A stretch of DNA of 64,000 nucleotides from an uncultured Melioribacter sp. (lineage in GTDB: Bacteria > Bacteroidota > Ignavibacteria > Kapaibacteriales > Kapaibacteriaceae): contig CAZAGH010000004.1 in assembly GCA_964484755.1 (NCBI GenBank), forward strand, positions 28,170-92,169. Direction: 5' to 3'. The stretch's first letter is position 1; each line of letters opens with the position of its first letter. Made by a program: the position numbers and the translations under genes. The notes beneath the pieces are model-generated. The model was given only the letters and a program-made list of their open reading frames with translations. It ran no database searches and was not told where the DNA came from. This document shows, piece after piece, positions 8,519-17,679 of this stretch.

Positions 8519-10498
8519 GTGTTGTTTACGGTGATGTTTATCGCACTGCTCTTGGTATTGACCTCCCTGGTCGATAGAAATCCATTGATCGTCGAGTCTT
8601 CAGGGCTACAGGCCCCTGGATATTTCTTGATTAGTGGGGTCGATCAGGACAGCGTAGGATTGATCGATAACACGGGTAGGTTCATCTACCCGGTGTTTGC
8701 AGGACCTAATGTCAACCAACGTCCAACACCTTACGGCGGGTTCACATACTACGACGGTGCCCTTCAAGCGTATGTAACGGTCGATAACAGGCTTAGAACC
8801 ATAGATACGTTTTCCGTGCAAGCCCCCTATCAGACAGATTTTCATGAAGGGTATCAAACAACGGGCAGACGATACTTCGTGTTGGGCACAGAGACACGAA
8901 CGGTTAACATGTCAGAATTCATTCAAGGGGCTAGCGACAGTGCTCAGGTTATAGGCTGCGTTATTCAGGAGTTCGATCGTCGCGGGCGTCGAACATTTGA
9001 ATGGAAATCGCTCGACCATATTCCACCAACAGAAGCGACATACGAGATAGACTTAACCCACAACAGAATAGACTATATCCATGCGAATGCCATCATAGAG
9101 GACTCTTCGCGAAACATCATTCTATCGTGCCGTAACCTTGATCAGATCATCAAGATCGACAGAGCTTCCGGTTCGATCATATGGAGGTTAGGGGGCTCGG
9201 CAGCTCAACGCAACGATTTCACATTCGTGAACGACACCGTTGATGGATTTGTAGGTTTCTCCCACCAACACACACCCATTATCACCCGTAAGGGTGAGTT
9301 GCTGGTGTTCGATAACGGCAATCTGAAGACAAATCACGTGTCTCGTGTTGTTGCATATGCGTTGAATGAAACAACATTAACGGCAACAAAGACGTGGGAA
9401 TACACACATCCAACACCAACATTTTCGCCAACGATGGGCAGTATCCAAGAACTGCCCAATGGCAACATTCTCATTGGATGGGGAACAGCACAGAACGGAC
9501 TTGTGGCTAACGAAGTTGATCGTACAGGCACTATCCATTCAGAGGTTCGGACCCCGAGCCCCCTACCATATCCCTATCGAGTCTACAAAGCACCTATTGC
9601 CATGACGAGTATCGTCCGCAAGATATCGGGGTATGAGCAAGTGGACTTTTCGAATATGGACAGCACAACAAGGGTACGTATTCGACCCACCACCTACGAA
9701 GCTGATCATGAGGTGTCGATAGAGCGACACAACTATCCACCAATTGATATTGAGTCACGTGAACATCTCCCATGTCATGTGTTTCCCCAGCGCTGGGTCG
9801 TGCGATATCATCCAACCCAAAACATCTATGCCGCACAGTTTAATCTTGCGCGAACAATGGTAGAAGATGAACCATCTGCCGCAATGGTCTTGTATAGGCC
9901 AACCGAAGGAGTGGGGCCGTTCGTTGAACTACCGTCTCATCCCGTTGAGGCATCATCTCAAATTGAGATACTACACCTTGCACCGGGAGAGTATATCCTA
10001 GGCTCACGTCTGTGCAAAGAACCTTCACTTGTTTATCCAGGCAATTCGCAAGATGAACAAGCGCTGTTCGTTCCTCTGCGCTGGACGCCAGCGATAGGGG
10101 CAGACGGATATGAAGTTGAGATCTCAACCTCCCCCGACTTTACTGAAGACGTTCGGTTTCTGCGAACGCAACTACCCGACACAACAATCAGAAACCTCCA
10201 ACCTCAGAAGACCTACTACTGGCATGTGCGGGTGATCAGGCAACCAGAAGTTGGACCGTGGACACAAACATGGACATTTGATGTTATGACACCGTTAACA
10301 GTCTCTGACGATGGTGCAGCAACAGACTTACCGATAGGCACCAACCTCGTCGTATATGATGTTCTGGGCAACGAGATCGCAAGAGAAACAATCGTGCGTT
10401 CACAACAATACGTTGTGCCCGATATCCACGATAAACTACTTCTTATCGTGGCCACAACACCCTCTGGCGAAACCTATCGTAGGCTTCTTGCGCGTTAG
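8519..10498 (+). CDS. second ASST-family beta-propeller protein (paralog of 4270..6711) with an FN3-like module and a degenerate T9SS-like tail
   Basis: 659 aa with a hydrophobic N-terminus, MLFTVMFIALLLVLTSLV. It has the same blocks as the paralog: 'YIHANAIIEDSSRNIILSCRNLDQIIKIDRASGSIIWRLGG' and 'HQHTPIITRKGELLVFDNGN'. FN3-like 'QKTYYWHVRVIRQPEVGPW'. The C-terminus 'LVVYDVLGNEIARE...TTPSGETYRRLLAR' resembles a shortened sorting domain. The start (GTG 8519 or ATG 8534) is uncertain. Confidence 0.65.
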   Translation: MLFTVMFIALLLVLTSLVDRNPLIVESSGLQAPGYFLISGVDQDSVGLIDNTGRFIYPVFAGPNVNQRPTPYGGFTYYDGALQAYVTVDNRLRTIDTFSVQAPYQTDFHEGYQTTGRRYFVLGTETRTVNMSEFIQGASDSAQVIGCVIQEFDRRGRRTFEWKSLDHIPPTEATYEIDLTHNRIDYIHANAIIEDSSRNIILSCRNLDQIIKIDRASGSIIWRLGGSAAQRNDFTFVNDTVDGFVGFSHQHTPIITRKGELLVFDNGNLKTNHVSRVVAYALNETTLTATKTWEYTHPTPTFSPTMGSIQELPNGNILIGWGTAQNGLVANEVDRTGTIHSEVRTPSPLPYPYRVYKAPIAMTSIVRKISGYEQVDFSNMDSTTRVRIRPTTYEADHEVSIERHNYPPIDIESREHLPCHVFPQRWVVRYHPTQNIYAAQFNLARTMVEDEPSAAMVLYRPTEGVGPFVELPSHPVEASSQIEILHLAPGEYILGSRLCKEPSLVYPGNSQDEQALFVPLRWTPAIGADGYEVEISTSPDFTEDVRFLRTQLPDTTIRNLQPQKTYYWHVRVIRQPEVGPWTQTWTFDVMTPLTVSDDGAATDLPIGTNLVVYDVLGNEIARETIVRSQQYVVPDIHDKLLLIVATTPSGETYRRLLAR

Positions 10499-10501
10499 AT
10501 C

Positions 10502-11512
10502 TTAGTAGTGCTTGGATATCAGAGCCATACACAGATCAACCGTTGCTTGAATACCCTTGATATGGGTGCGCTCCATACCGTGGGAGGCGTGTACTCCAGG
10601 ACCGATCAATCCAACACGAACGTCTACCCCGGCGCGCCAAGCTGCTGTTCCATCGGAACTGTAGAATGGATACACATCGATTGCATGAGGAATGTTGTTT
10701 TCTGTGGCCAACTGAACAAGGGTGCGTCGGAAATCATAGTCATATGGTCCACCAGAATCCTTGGCACATATCGAACACGAAAACTCATTTCCCTCACACG
10801 CATCGCCCACAACACCCATGTCGATAACAAGCAAATCCTTAACGCTAGGACTTAGCATGGGTGCTCCACCGTGTCCAACCTCCTCGTACGTACTGAAGAA
10901 CAGTTCAACGGGAGCCCCCTTTCCAGAGGCTGCGATGTGGCGTGCAACCTCGAGGAGAACGTAACACCCCGCCTTGTTATCAAGGAAGTGACTCTTGATG
11001 AAACCATTTGGGAGTTGTTGATACTTTGGCTCAAACGCTATTATGTCACCAATTCGTATCCCAAGTGCGAGCACACCATCGCGAGTGGAGACCTCTTCAT
11101 CAATACGGACATGCATTACACCCGTAGAACGCTCCAGCGAAGAGGCTTTATTGTTGGCATGTGTGGATGGATCGTTGAGTAGAAGTGTTCCACTATGCAC
11201 ACGGTTATCCAACGTGTGGATACGAACATACCCTCCTTCAAAACTTGGTAGCAATGGTCCGCCTAGAAGCGAAAACTTCAACGTTCCATTGCTGTTGATA
11301 CCCGAAACAATAGCTCCAAGTGTATCTGTATGACCAGCAAGGGCCAACGTGGGATCATGACCAAGACTGCAACGCAGCGCCCCCTTTGTTGTCCGTGTGG
11401 GAGAGAAGCCGAACCCCCGCAGTGTTGATTCGATGTAGGTTATTGCCTTCTCGGTATACCCAGTGGGTGAATCGATGGCAATAAGGTCGGAAAGCATGTC
11501 AAGTGTGTTCAT
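10502..11512 (-). CDS. M42 family metallopeptidase (glutamyl aminopeptidase / FrvX-CelM type)
   Basis: ORF 10502..11542. Blocks 'GHTDTLG', 'FLDNKAGCYVLLEVAR' and 'STYEEVGHGGA' match M42 metal-ligand regions. The start is either M1 (11542) or M11 'MNTLDMLSDLIAIDSPTGY' (11512). Confidence 0.8.
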   Translation of the reverse strand: MNTLDMLSDLIAIDSPTGYTEKAITYIESTLRGFGFSPTRTTKGALRCSLGHDPTLALAGHTDTLGAIVSGINSNGTLKFSLLGGPLLPSFEGGYVRIHTLDNRVHSGTLLLNDPSTHANNKASSLERSTGVMHVRIDEEVSTRDGVLALGIRIGDIIAFEPKYQQLPNGFIKSHFLDNKAGCYVLLEVARHIAASGKGAPVELFFSTYEEVGHGGAPMLSPSVKDLLVIDMGVVGDACEGNEFSCSICAKDSGGPYDYDFRRTLVQLATENNIPHAIDVYPFYSSDGTAAWRAGVDVRVGLIGPGVHASHGMERTHIKGIQATVDLCMALISKHY

Positions 11513-11572
11513 AAGCGTAGGTTTGTAGGTACGCACAAACATAGTGTAAGAACTCTCGAGGTTGATTCAGGA

Positions 11573-12826
11573 ATGGCACACATAACCCCTTACGATATCA
11601 CACTGGCAAACGGTCTGCGCGTTGTGATCTGTCCGGACAACTCAGCACCGGTTGTCAATGTAACTGTGATGTATCGGGTTGGCTCGCACGACGAGCGAGT
11701 TGGAAAGACCGGTTTAGCGCACTTGTTCGAGCACCTCATGTTCGACAATGCCGCACCTGGCGTCGAAAAACAGTATGATGTCTACTGTACGAAGGCAGGG
11801 GGCACCAACAATGCCTACACAACATTCGATTACACAACCTATCATATCGATGTTCCTTCGCACAATCTAGAATTAGGCTTGTGGCTGGAATCCGAGCGAA
11901 TGCGTTCATTTCGCATCACAGATCATGCACTTCAAACACAGCGCAGCGTTGTGGTTGAAGAGATAAACCAGAACGTCTTCAATCAACCCTATGGTATTTG
12001 GCGCAAAGCACAACAGGAGATAGCCTACACAAATGATTCATCGTACTCATGGGATGTCTACGGTTCACCGGAAGATGTTGCCGGCGTCACGATGGATGAT
12101 GCAAAGGGCTTCTTTGACACCTACTACCACCCTTCGAATGCTGTCCTATGTGTGGCAGGAGATATAGACCTAGCGGTTGCGAAGGAATTGGTTGAGCGCC
12201 ACTTCGGATCAATTACCGACTCACGTGCCGTGATTGCACGGACATCGTTTTCCCCTTCTATGGCAAAACGCGGTACCGCGCTCAGTGTGCAGGACAATGT
12301 TCCTCTCACAGCTGTTTTTGCAAGTATTCACATGCCGGGCTTTACGACGAACGACCTACTTGATGCCGAGATAGCTTCGTCGATTATTGGTACTGGTAGA
12401 AGCTCTGTGCTCTATAAGTCACTGGTTTCTGATTTGCGCATCGCATCTGGTGTGGGGTGCTTTATTGACCGAAGAGCGCACGACTCGTTGTTAACGATGT
12501 ATGCCTATGCTTCCGAGGAAACGATCACAGCAGATCAACTTGCCAATGCTATGTCGGAGGCCCTCGCACAGACCACCGTCACCGAAAGCATGTTAGAATC
12601 AGCCGTCAATAAAATGAAGACGTCCCACGCCGCTGAGTTGCAGAAGGTAAGCGGAGTGGCCGATGTTGTTGCCTGGACCACGCTGTTTTGGAATGATCCG
12701 CTTTATGTGAACACAGCCCTCGATCGCTACGCATCAATCACACTTGAGGACTTACAGAGTATTGTCGATAGGAGTGCATCACAAGAGGAGATCATTCGAC
12801 TCGACATCGTACCAGTCGAAGTCTAG
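11573..12826 (+). CDS. M16 (pitrilysin/insulinase) family zinc peptidase
   Basis: 417 aa. Inverted zinc motif HxxEH in 'GLAHLFEHLMF' near the N-terminus. The two-lobed M16 length fits. Confidence 0.85.
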   Translation: MAHITPYDITLANGLRVVICPDNSAPVVNVTVMYRVGSHDERVGKTGLAHLFEHLMFDNAAPGVEKQYDVYCTKAGGTNNAYTTFDYTTYHIDVPSHNLELGLWLESERMRSFRITDHALQTQRSVVVEEINQNVFNQPYGIWRKAQQEIAYTNDSSYSWDVYGSPEDVAGVTMDDAKGFFDTYYHPSNAVLCVAGDIDLAVAKELVERHFGSITDSRAVIARTSFSPSMAKRGTALSVQDNVPLTAVFASIHMPGFTTNDLLDAEIASSIIGTGRSSVLYKSLVSDLRIASGVGCFIDRRAHDSLLTMYAYASEETITADQLANAMSEALAQTTVTESMLESAVNKMKTSHAAELQKVSGVADVVAWTTLFWNDPLYVNTALDRYASITLEDLQSIVDRSASQEEIIRLDIVPVEV

Positions 12827-13965
12827 ATAGACGATAACCGTTCTGCTGCCAGAAGTATCGTCTCTCTGGTCTTTGCAAAACAAACACGAACGAGTTTCTC
12901 GTGATAGTCTCCCGGTTCGTTGTAGAACGGCGATAATGGAATCGTCGCTACCCCGTGTTCGCGGGTTATTCGTTTTGCGAATTCTACGTCCGGCTCATCA
13001 GAGATATTCTCGTACCCAAGCAGTTGGAAATACGATCCTGAGCACTGTTTGAGCGTCCAAGACGAATCTTCCAGTTTCGAACGAAGAAGGTTTCTCTTCT
13101 CTGTGAACATCTCCGCAAGCCCCATGTAGCGGGATGGATCTTCCATGTATCGTGCCAGAGCAACCTGTGCTGGCGTGTTCACACAAAACGACAGGTATTG
13201 GTGAACTGCACGAAATGCTCTTGTCATGTTAGGGGGCGCGACACACACCCCAATCTTCCAACCTGTGATGTGGAAGGTCTTTCCAAACGACGTCACAACG
13301 AACGAGCGTTCACGCAGGCTGGGATGTGATAGTACTGTGTGATGGATGTTGTGATCAAACGTGATCAATTCGTACACTTCATCACTAAGAACGAGTAAGT
13401 CGTGTTCTTCTGCGATCGCAGCCAGCTCGTTGATGTCGTTGACTCCCAACACACTGCCACACGGATTGTGTGGTGTGTTGATGATGATCATGCGTGTGTT
13501 GTTGTTGATCAGTGATCGCACGTGTTGCCAGTCTGGCGTATACACTCCTGGTATCAACGGTGATGATCTAACCACGCCCCCATTTGCTGTGATTGCTGGG
13601 CCATAGGAATCATAGCTGGGGTCCATGACAACAACCTCATCACCAGGATGCACAACGCATGCAATCGCAGTATAGAGCGCGGCAGTAGCGCCGGGAGTAA
13701 TAGTTATCTCGCTGTCTGCGTGAATGCTACATCCGTGCACGAGACGATACTTCTCCGCGACAGCTTCACGTAATGCTAACAGACCGGGCATCGGGGCGTA
13801 TTGGTTGTGTCCGTCGCGTGCTGCTTGGTACAACAATTCAAACAACTCAGGGTCTGCAGGATAATCGGGGAACCCCTGTGAAACGTTGACAGCCCCCACC
13901 TCATTGGCAAGGGCTGTCATAACAGAAAAGATCGTTACTCCGTTTTCGGGTAGCTTATGCCGCAT
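12823..13965 (-). CDS. class I/II pyridoxal-phosphate aminotransferase (YbdL/KAT-like methionine/kynurenine aminotransferase type)
   Basis: ORF 12823..13998. Blocks 'INTPHNPCG' and 'SDEVYE', and PLP-lysine block 'SFGKTFHITGWKIG'. The start is probably 'MRHKLPENG' (13965), which overlaps the upstream NYN gene stop by 11 nt. 13977 and 13998 are alternatives. Confidence 0.85.
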   Translation of the reverse strand: MRHKLPENGVTIFSVMTALANEVGAVNVSQGFPDYPADPELFELLYQAARDGHNQYAPMPGLLALREAVAEKYRLVHGCSIHADSEITITPGATAALYTAIACVVHPGDEVVVMDPSYDSYGPAITANGGVVRSSPLIPGVYTPDWQHVRSLINNNTRMIIINTPHNPCGSVLGVNDINELAAIAEEHDLLVLSDEVYELITFDHNIHHTVLSHPSLRERSFVVTSFGKTFHITGWKIGVCVAPPNMTRAFRAVHQYLSFCVNTPAQVALARYMEDPSRYMGLAEMFTEKRNLLRSKLEDSSWTLKQCSGSYFQLLGYENISDEPDVEFAKRITREHGVATIPLSPFYNEPGDYHEKLVRVCFAKTRETILLAAERLSSI

Positions 13966-14941
13966 CGTCGGAATCATCGTCAAAGATGAGTTTAACACGC
14001 TTTGCTACCTCGTCGCCATCCCGGTTTAGTCCAAGAGAAAACTCTACCGGGTCTCCTTCGCGCAGATCCTGGAAGTCTGCATTGATCATATCAGATGCAT
14101 GGAAGAAGAGATTGTTGGGTGGATACTTGATAAAGCCATACCCATTCTTCATCGACAGGATATAGGATTCAAAACGCTCAGAGCCATCATCGACATCTTC
14201 CTCTTCAAATCGTGCGGCCCTCTGCTCGAGCATTTCCTGAAACTCTTTTGAGTCGCGAGGTGGACGCGGCTGTGCGTCGTCACGTCGAACGAAGAGATTC
14301 TGAATGATCTCATCGTCCCTCGTTGCCTTACTCTCAATCAGGTCGTGCATGTGAATCGGGTACGTAACCTCGCTCAGTAGTTCGTGCGACGTACGTGTAA
14401 CAACATGCTTGCCCTCGTTGTCTGTGAATTCAAAGTCCCACGACAACACCATGATGCGTGCGCCGAGGTTGTTCATCTTGCGAACAAGGGGAACGTAGTT
14501 GCCATCAGATGTTATCAACACAACAACATCGAACTTCTTCAGGAGTGTGAGTTCGTATGCTTCAAGAGCCATCCAAACGTCAATACCCTTCTCCTCGCGT
14601 CGTCCACCTGTGTTGCGAAGCGGCAAGTAGTGGGTGATCACACCCTCCCACATCAGGATATCCTCGAACACACGGTCGTAATACAACAGGTTACCCCGTT
14701 GTTGTGCTTCGTTGGCAGATATGCGGCCGCGGAAGAAGTGACTGTCGACGATCTGACACAAGTGCATCTCTGTGTCTTCGAGTGTTGAGACCTGATGACG
14801 AATAAAATCATGCAGGCCACGCAAGCTGATTCGACTGTTACGGAGGTGATTGAAGGCGTAGTAGTTGCTTACATGAAGGAAATAGTTTCCATCATAGAAC
14901 ACAGCGATACGCGTGAGCTTGGTGTTGTTGGAAAGGGGCAT
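13955..14941 (-). CDS. NYN (LabA-like, PIN-fold) domain protein fused to a C-terminal cold-shock domain
   Basis: 328 aa. NYN pattern: 'RIAVFYDGNYF', 'KGIDVWMALEAYE', 'DVVVLITSDGNYVPLVRKM'. Acidic linker 'RFEEEDVDDGSE'. CSD 'SMKNGYGFIKYPPNNLFFHASDM..LREGDPVEFSLG'. Acidic tail 'DDDSDDAA'. Confidence 0.8.
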   Translation of the reverse strand: MPLSNNTKLTRIAVFYDGNYFLHVSNYYAFNHLRNSRISLRGLHDFIRHQVSTLEDTEMHLCQIVDSHFFRGRISANEAQQRGNLLYYDRVFEDILMWEGVITHYLPLRNTGGRREEKGIDVWMALEAYELTLLKKFDVVVLITSDGNYVPLVRKMNNLGARIMVLSWDFEFTDNEGKHVVTRTSHELLSEVTYPIHMHDLIESKATRDDEIIQNLFVRRDDAQPRPPRDSKEFQEMLEQRAARFEEEDVDDGSERFESYILSMKNGYGFIKYPPNNLFFHASDMINADFQDLREGDPVEFSLGLNRDGDEVAKRVKLIFDDDSDDAA

Positions 14942-14949
14942 CTATAAAC

Positions 14950-14963
14950 CTGTAACGTTACAG
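14950..14963. promoter_or_regulatory. perfect 14-bp palindrome CTGTAACGTTACAG in the leader of the NYN-CSD gene
   Basis: Read directly from the sequence. It lies 9 nt upstream (minus-strand sense) of the NYN-CSD start codon. Its function is unknown. Confidence 0.3.
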
Positions 14964-15019
14964 CAGGGAATACTACACTTATACTACTTTTTTCACCAGC
15001 AAAACTATCACATTCGAAG

Positions 15020-15775
15020 TTAGTACTTGGCACCTGCTCGTTGAAGAAGTGAAATAATTGTCCATCTACGATTCATTCGTGCGTACGTCAAAGCACTCTT
15101 ACCACTGTAATCAACAATCGACAAGTCGGGTTTTCTACGTAACAGTATACGCAGCATTTCATCTTCGCCGAGTACGCTTAGGAGCATCGCAGCCGTGCGA
15201 CCCTGAACATCCCGTGCATCAACATAAGCCCCTTTCTCAAGAAGCTCTTCGAGTGCGCCAAGTTGACGATGTCCACAAGCTATCATGATCGGTGGATTTC
15301 CCTTTCGATCACGCAGATTGATGAATGCTCCGGCATCAACGAGTTGTGAGACAATGTTAGTAGCACCAACCTGGCAGGCAACATGCAGTGGTGTCTGCCC
15401 TCGATAATCGAGAACATTAGGTTTAGCGCCCGCAGCGATGATCAGTGAACAAAATCGGTCACGGTTATGAAAGGCAGCAAAGTGGAGGACGGTTACACCT
15501 TGCGGCGTAGCGGCGTTAGGGTTAGCGCCTGCATTGAGAAGTGTTTCAACCATCACGCTGTCGTTGGCAATGGTTGCAACCATCAAAGAGGTAAGGCCCT
15601 CACCATCAACCTCGTTGATATTGAAGGCCTTCTTCTTTTGACTGAGCAGTCTCTGAACAGCTTTGAGATTCCCTGTCTTGACGGTTTCGATAAGCGACTG
15701 TGCAGAAACCCCAAGTGCGCAGCAGCACCACGCGAGAATGATGACAACTAATCGCCGATAGGGAATCGTGCGCAT
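15020..15775 (-). CDS. exported ankyrin-repeat protein
   Basis: 251 aa. Signal peptide MRTIPYRRLVVIILAWCCCALGVSA|Q. About 6 ANK repeats, for example 'GVTVLHFAAFHNRDRFCSLIIAAGAKPN', 'GQTPLHVACQVGATNIVSQLVDAGAFIN' and 'GRTAAMLLSVLGEDEMLRILLRRKPDL'. Confidence 0.9.
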   Translation of the reverse strand: MRTIPYRRLVVIILAWCCCALGVSAQSLIETVKTGNLKAVQRLLSQKKKAFNINEVDGEGLTSLMVATIANDSVMVETLLNAGANPNAATPQGVTVLHFAAFHNRDRFCSLIIAAGAKPNVLDYRGQTPLHVACQVGATNIVSQLVDAGAFINLRDRKGNPPIMIACGHRQLGALEELLEKGAYVDARDVQGRTAAMLLSVLGEDEMLRILLRRKPDLSIVDYSGKSALTYARMNRRWTIISLLQRAGAKY

Positions 15776-16344
15776 CAGAATCCCTGCCGTTGTAGGAAGA
15801 TTCCCTTGTCGACCTTCGAAAAGAAGTCTTGGTAAAACTTCGGATCAGTGATGGCCGATACTTCAACAGGGTTGCCAGTGTTGTCGAGGATCTTTGCCTG
15901 GAAATTTGCCCGAACCTTGCACCGTCTACCCAGTTCGGAAACATTAACACTTACTTCAACCTGCTTGAACTTATTGTAGCGTGCATCCTGCGTGGTCCGA
16001 TTGCGACTACTTGAACCTCTCGTATCGAAGACGATATCGAGAGCATCCATCCAGTACTTATTGCTAGCACTCTTGTCGGCAAGTTGTACCTCTTTGGTTG
16101 CTGTAAGCAGACCAAGATCCGGAACTGCATTTTTGACGACAAAGCCATCGTCCTGCAGCACATTCAGCATGGCCTTCATAACAAGCTTCACGTCGTTGGT
16201 ATCAAACTCGCGCGTTTGATACTCGCGCGTTTGCAGCTGTGTCTGTGGCGTTCGCACCTGTTCTGGAAAACGAACCACAGTACATGCCGTACTGGCCAAC
16301 ACCAACAGTACAAGAGCGATGATGCGATTTCTGCTGATCGGCAT
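15775..16344 (-). CDS. lipoprotein of unknown function (possibly LpoB/TolB-N-like fold)
   Basis: 189 aa. Signal peptide plus Cys, 'ALVLLVLASTAC'. The start codon overlaps the upstream stop (TAATG) and the stop overlaps the ankyrin start (TGATG). The fold assignment is a weak guess from 'EFDTNDVKLVMKAMLNVLQDDGF'. Confidence 0.55.
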   Translation of the reverse strand: MPISRNRIIALVLLVLASTACTVVRFPEQVRTPQTQLQTREYQTREFDTNDVKLVMKAMLNVLQDDGFVVKNAVPDLGLLTATKEVQLADKSASNKYWMDALDIVFDTRGSSSRNRTTQDARYNKFKQVEVSVNVSELGRRCKVRANFQAKILDNTGNPVEVSAITDPKFYQDFFSKVDKGIFLQRQGF

Positions 16345-16757
16345 TAGAACTTGCTCTGATGGTATGTAAATGACTCTACCTTGCTCTCGGCATTAAACTT
16401 GATAACAACCGTGAGTGTGCGCTGTGTGGTGCTAGCAGCACCCGAGTTGTTCGAGAACCCGCCAAGAATCAAAAACATCCCGCTTTGGCTTTCTGAGTAC
16501 GATGCTTCTGTAGCGATTTTATCGTACACCCACGTTTCGCGGCTGTTCTCATCGAGTGTCGTGATGTTTGGCGAACCAAGTAGCTCGGCTACTTGTGCGC
16601 CCGACATGCCTTTTTTGATCTCTTTTTTCACGATGCCGGCTGTAAGCTCGCGCTCTCTTGTTGATGAGAGGTCGCGTTGGTTGTCCTGTACTGTTCTGCA
16701 TCCAGGTGCGAGAGAAATGATCAGTATGGCCGCAGCCGCCAAAAGAAGACGAATCAT
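16344..16757 (-). CDS. SmpA/OmlA (BamE)-like lipoprotein
   Basis: 137 aa. Lipobox 'ISLAPGC'. 'KKGMSGAQVAELLGSPN....ETWVYD' matches the BamE/SmpA_OmlA pattern (G-M-s-x-x-q-V-x-x-x-L-G-x-P ... W-x-Y). Confidence 0.55.
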   Translation of the reverse strand: MIRLLLAAAAILIISLAPGCRTVQDNQRDLSSTRERELTAGIVKKEIKKGMSGAQVAELLGSPNITTLDENSRETWVYDKIATEASYSESQSGMFLILGGFSNNSGAASTTQRTLTVVIKFNAESKVESFTYHQSKF

Positions 16758-16777
16758 GAAATCCTCAAATCAGGTGG

Positions 16778-17578
16778 TTAGAATTGAAAAACGAACCCAA
16801 TACGGAAGGTAACAACACGTGGAGTTTCCACAGGTTCCTCAATAATGCTGAAGCCTCGACTGTTCCCACCGTCAAGAACAGCATTGGGAATACCCGTACT
16901 TGTCCCCCATAGATAACGAAAACGCACGTCAATTAATGTGCGCCGAAGTTCAGAGGGGAGAGTGATCATATCGGCAAACTTTATCGCAAGACCCGCGCCT
17001 ATTCCGTAGTTCCAAACAACAGACCCTTCCCCAACTCTATCAACTATGGTGTCACCTCTGCAGATTTCTTCGGTGGTTACGGACGAAGAATAGATCGTGA
17101 TACCCCCAACACCCTCGGCATACGGAAACAGCCATGATTCGATATTGGGTTGAAAACGAGCATGTAGCAATATCGGTATCTGAGTATTTGATGCCGAAAC
17201 ATTGAACCTCGTGTTACAAAAGTCGTTTGCTCGCAACGACTTCGAATCGGCACCGTTGAAATACACACCCAACTCGCCCCCTACTGCTAGAGGAATTGGA
17301 TCAAAGTAATATCCTCCCTCCACGCCAAATCCATATCCCGTAGCTGGCGCTTCGAGTTTCTCGAAAGCCTCGCGCAGCTCTCCCTGTGATACGGCCTGCT
17401 GGTAGAAGAAGTTCCACTGATTATGCAATGCCTGCTGCTTGATGATGCGAATGGTCTCATCATCGGGCATTTTCATCGCTGGGTCGGGTGTTGGCTGCTC
17501 GAAGGGCTCGCCCGCGATCTGCGCATGGAGAGAATACGCACACAACAGGAGAACTATCGTAGAAAGGGTTGGCCGCAT
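16778..17578 (-). CDS. outer-membrane beta-barrel protein
   Basis: 266 aa. Signal peptide 'VLLLCAYSLHA|Q'. Alternating amphipathic strands rich in G/Y/F. C-terminal beta-signal 'FRIGFVFQF' with a terminal Phe. Confidence 0.6.
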   Translation of the reverse strand: MRPTLSTIVLLLCAYSLHAQIAGEPFEQPTPDPAMKMPDDETIRIIKQQALHNQWNFFYQQAVSQGELREAFEKLEAPATGYGFGVEGGYYFDPIPLAVGGELGVYFNGADSKSLRANDFCNTRFNVSASNTQIPILLHARFQPNIESWLFPYAEGVGGITIYSSSVTTEEICRGDTIVDRVGEGSVVWNYGIGAGLAIKFADMITLPSELRRTLIDVRFRYLWGTSTGIPNAVLDGGNSRGFSIIEEPVETPRVVTFRIGFVFQF

Positions 17579-17679
17579 GACTGCGAAGTTACCATCTGTT
17601 TACAACCAGATGATAACTCGGAGACGAAATCAATGCTCAGGAACTTGCATTCGCAGTCAAACAGGTAAGGGGGCTTACA

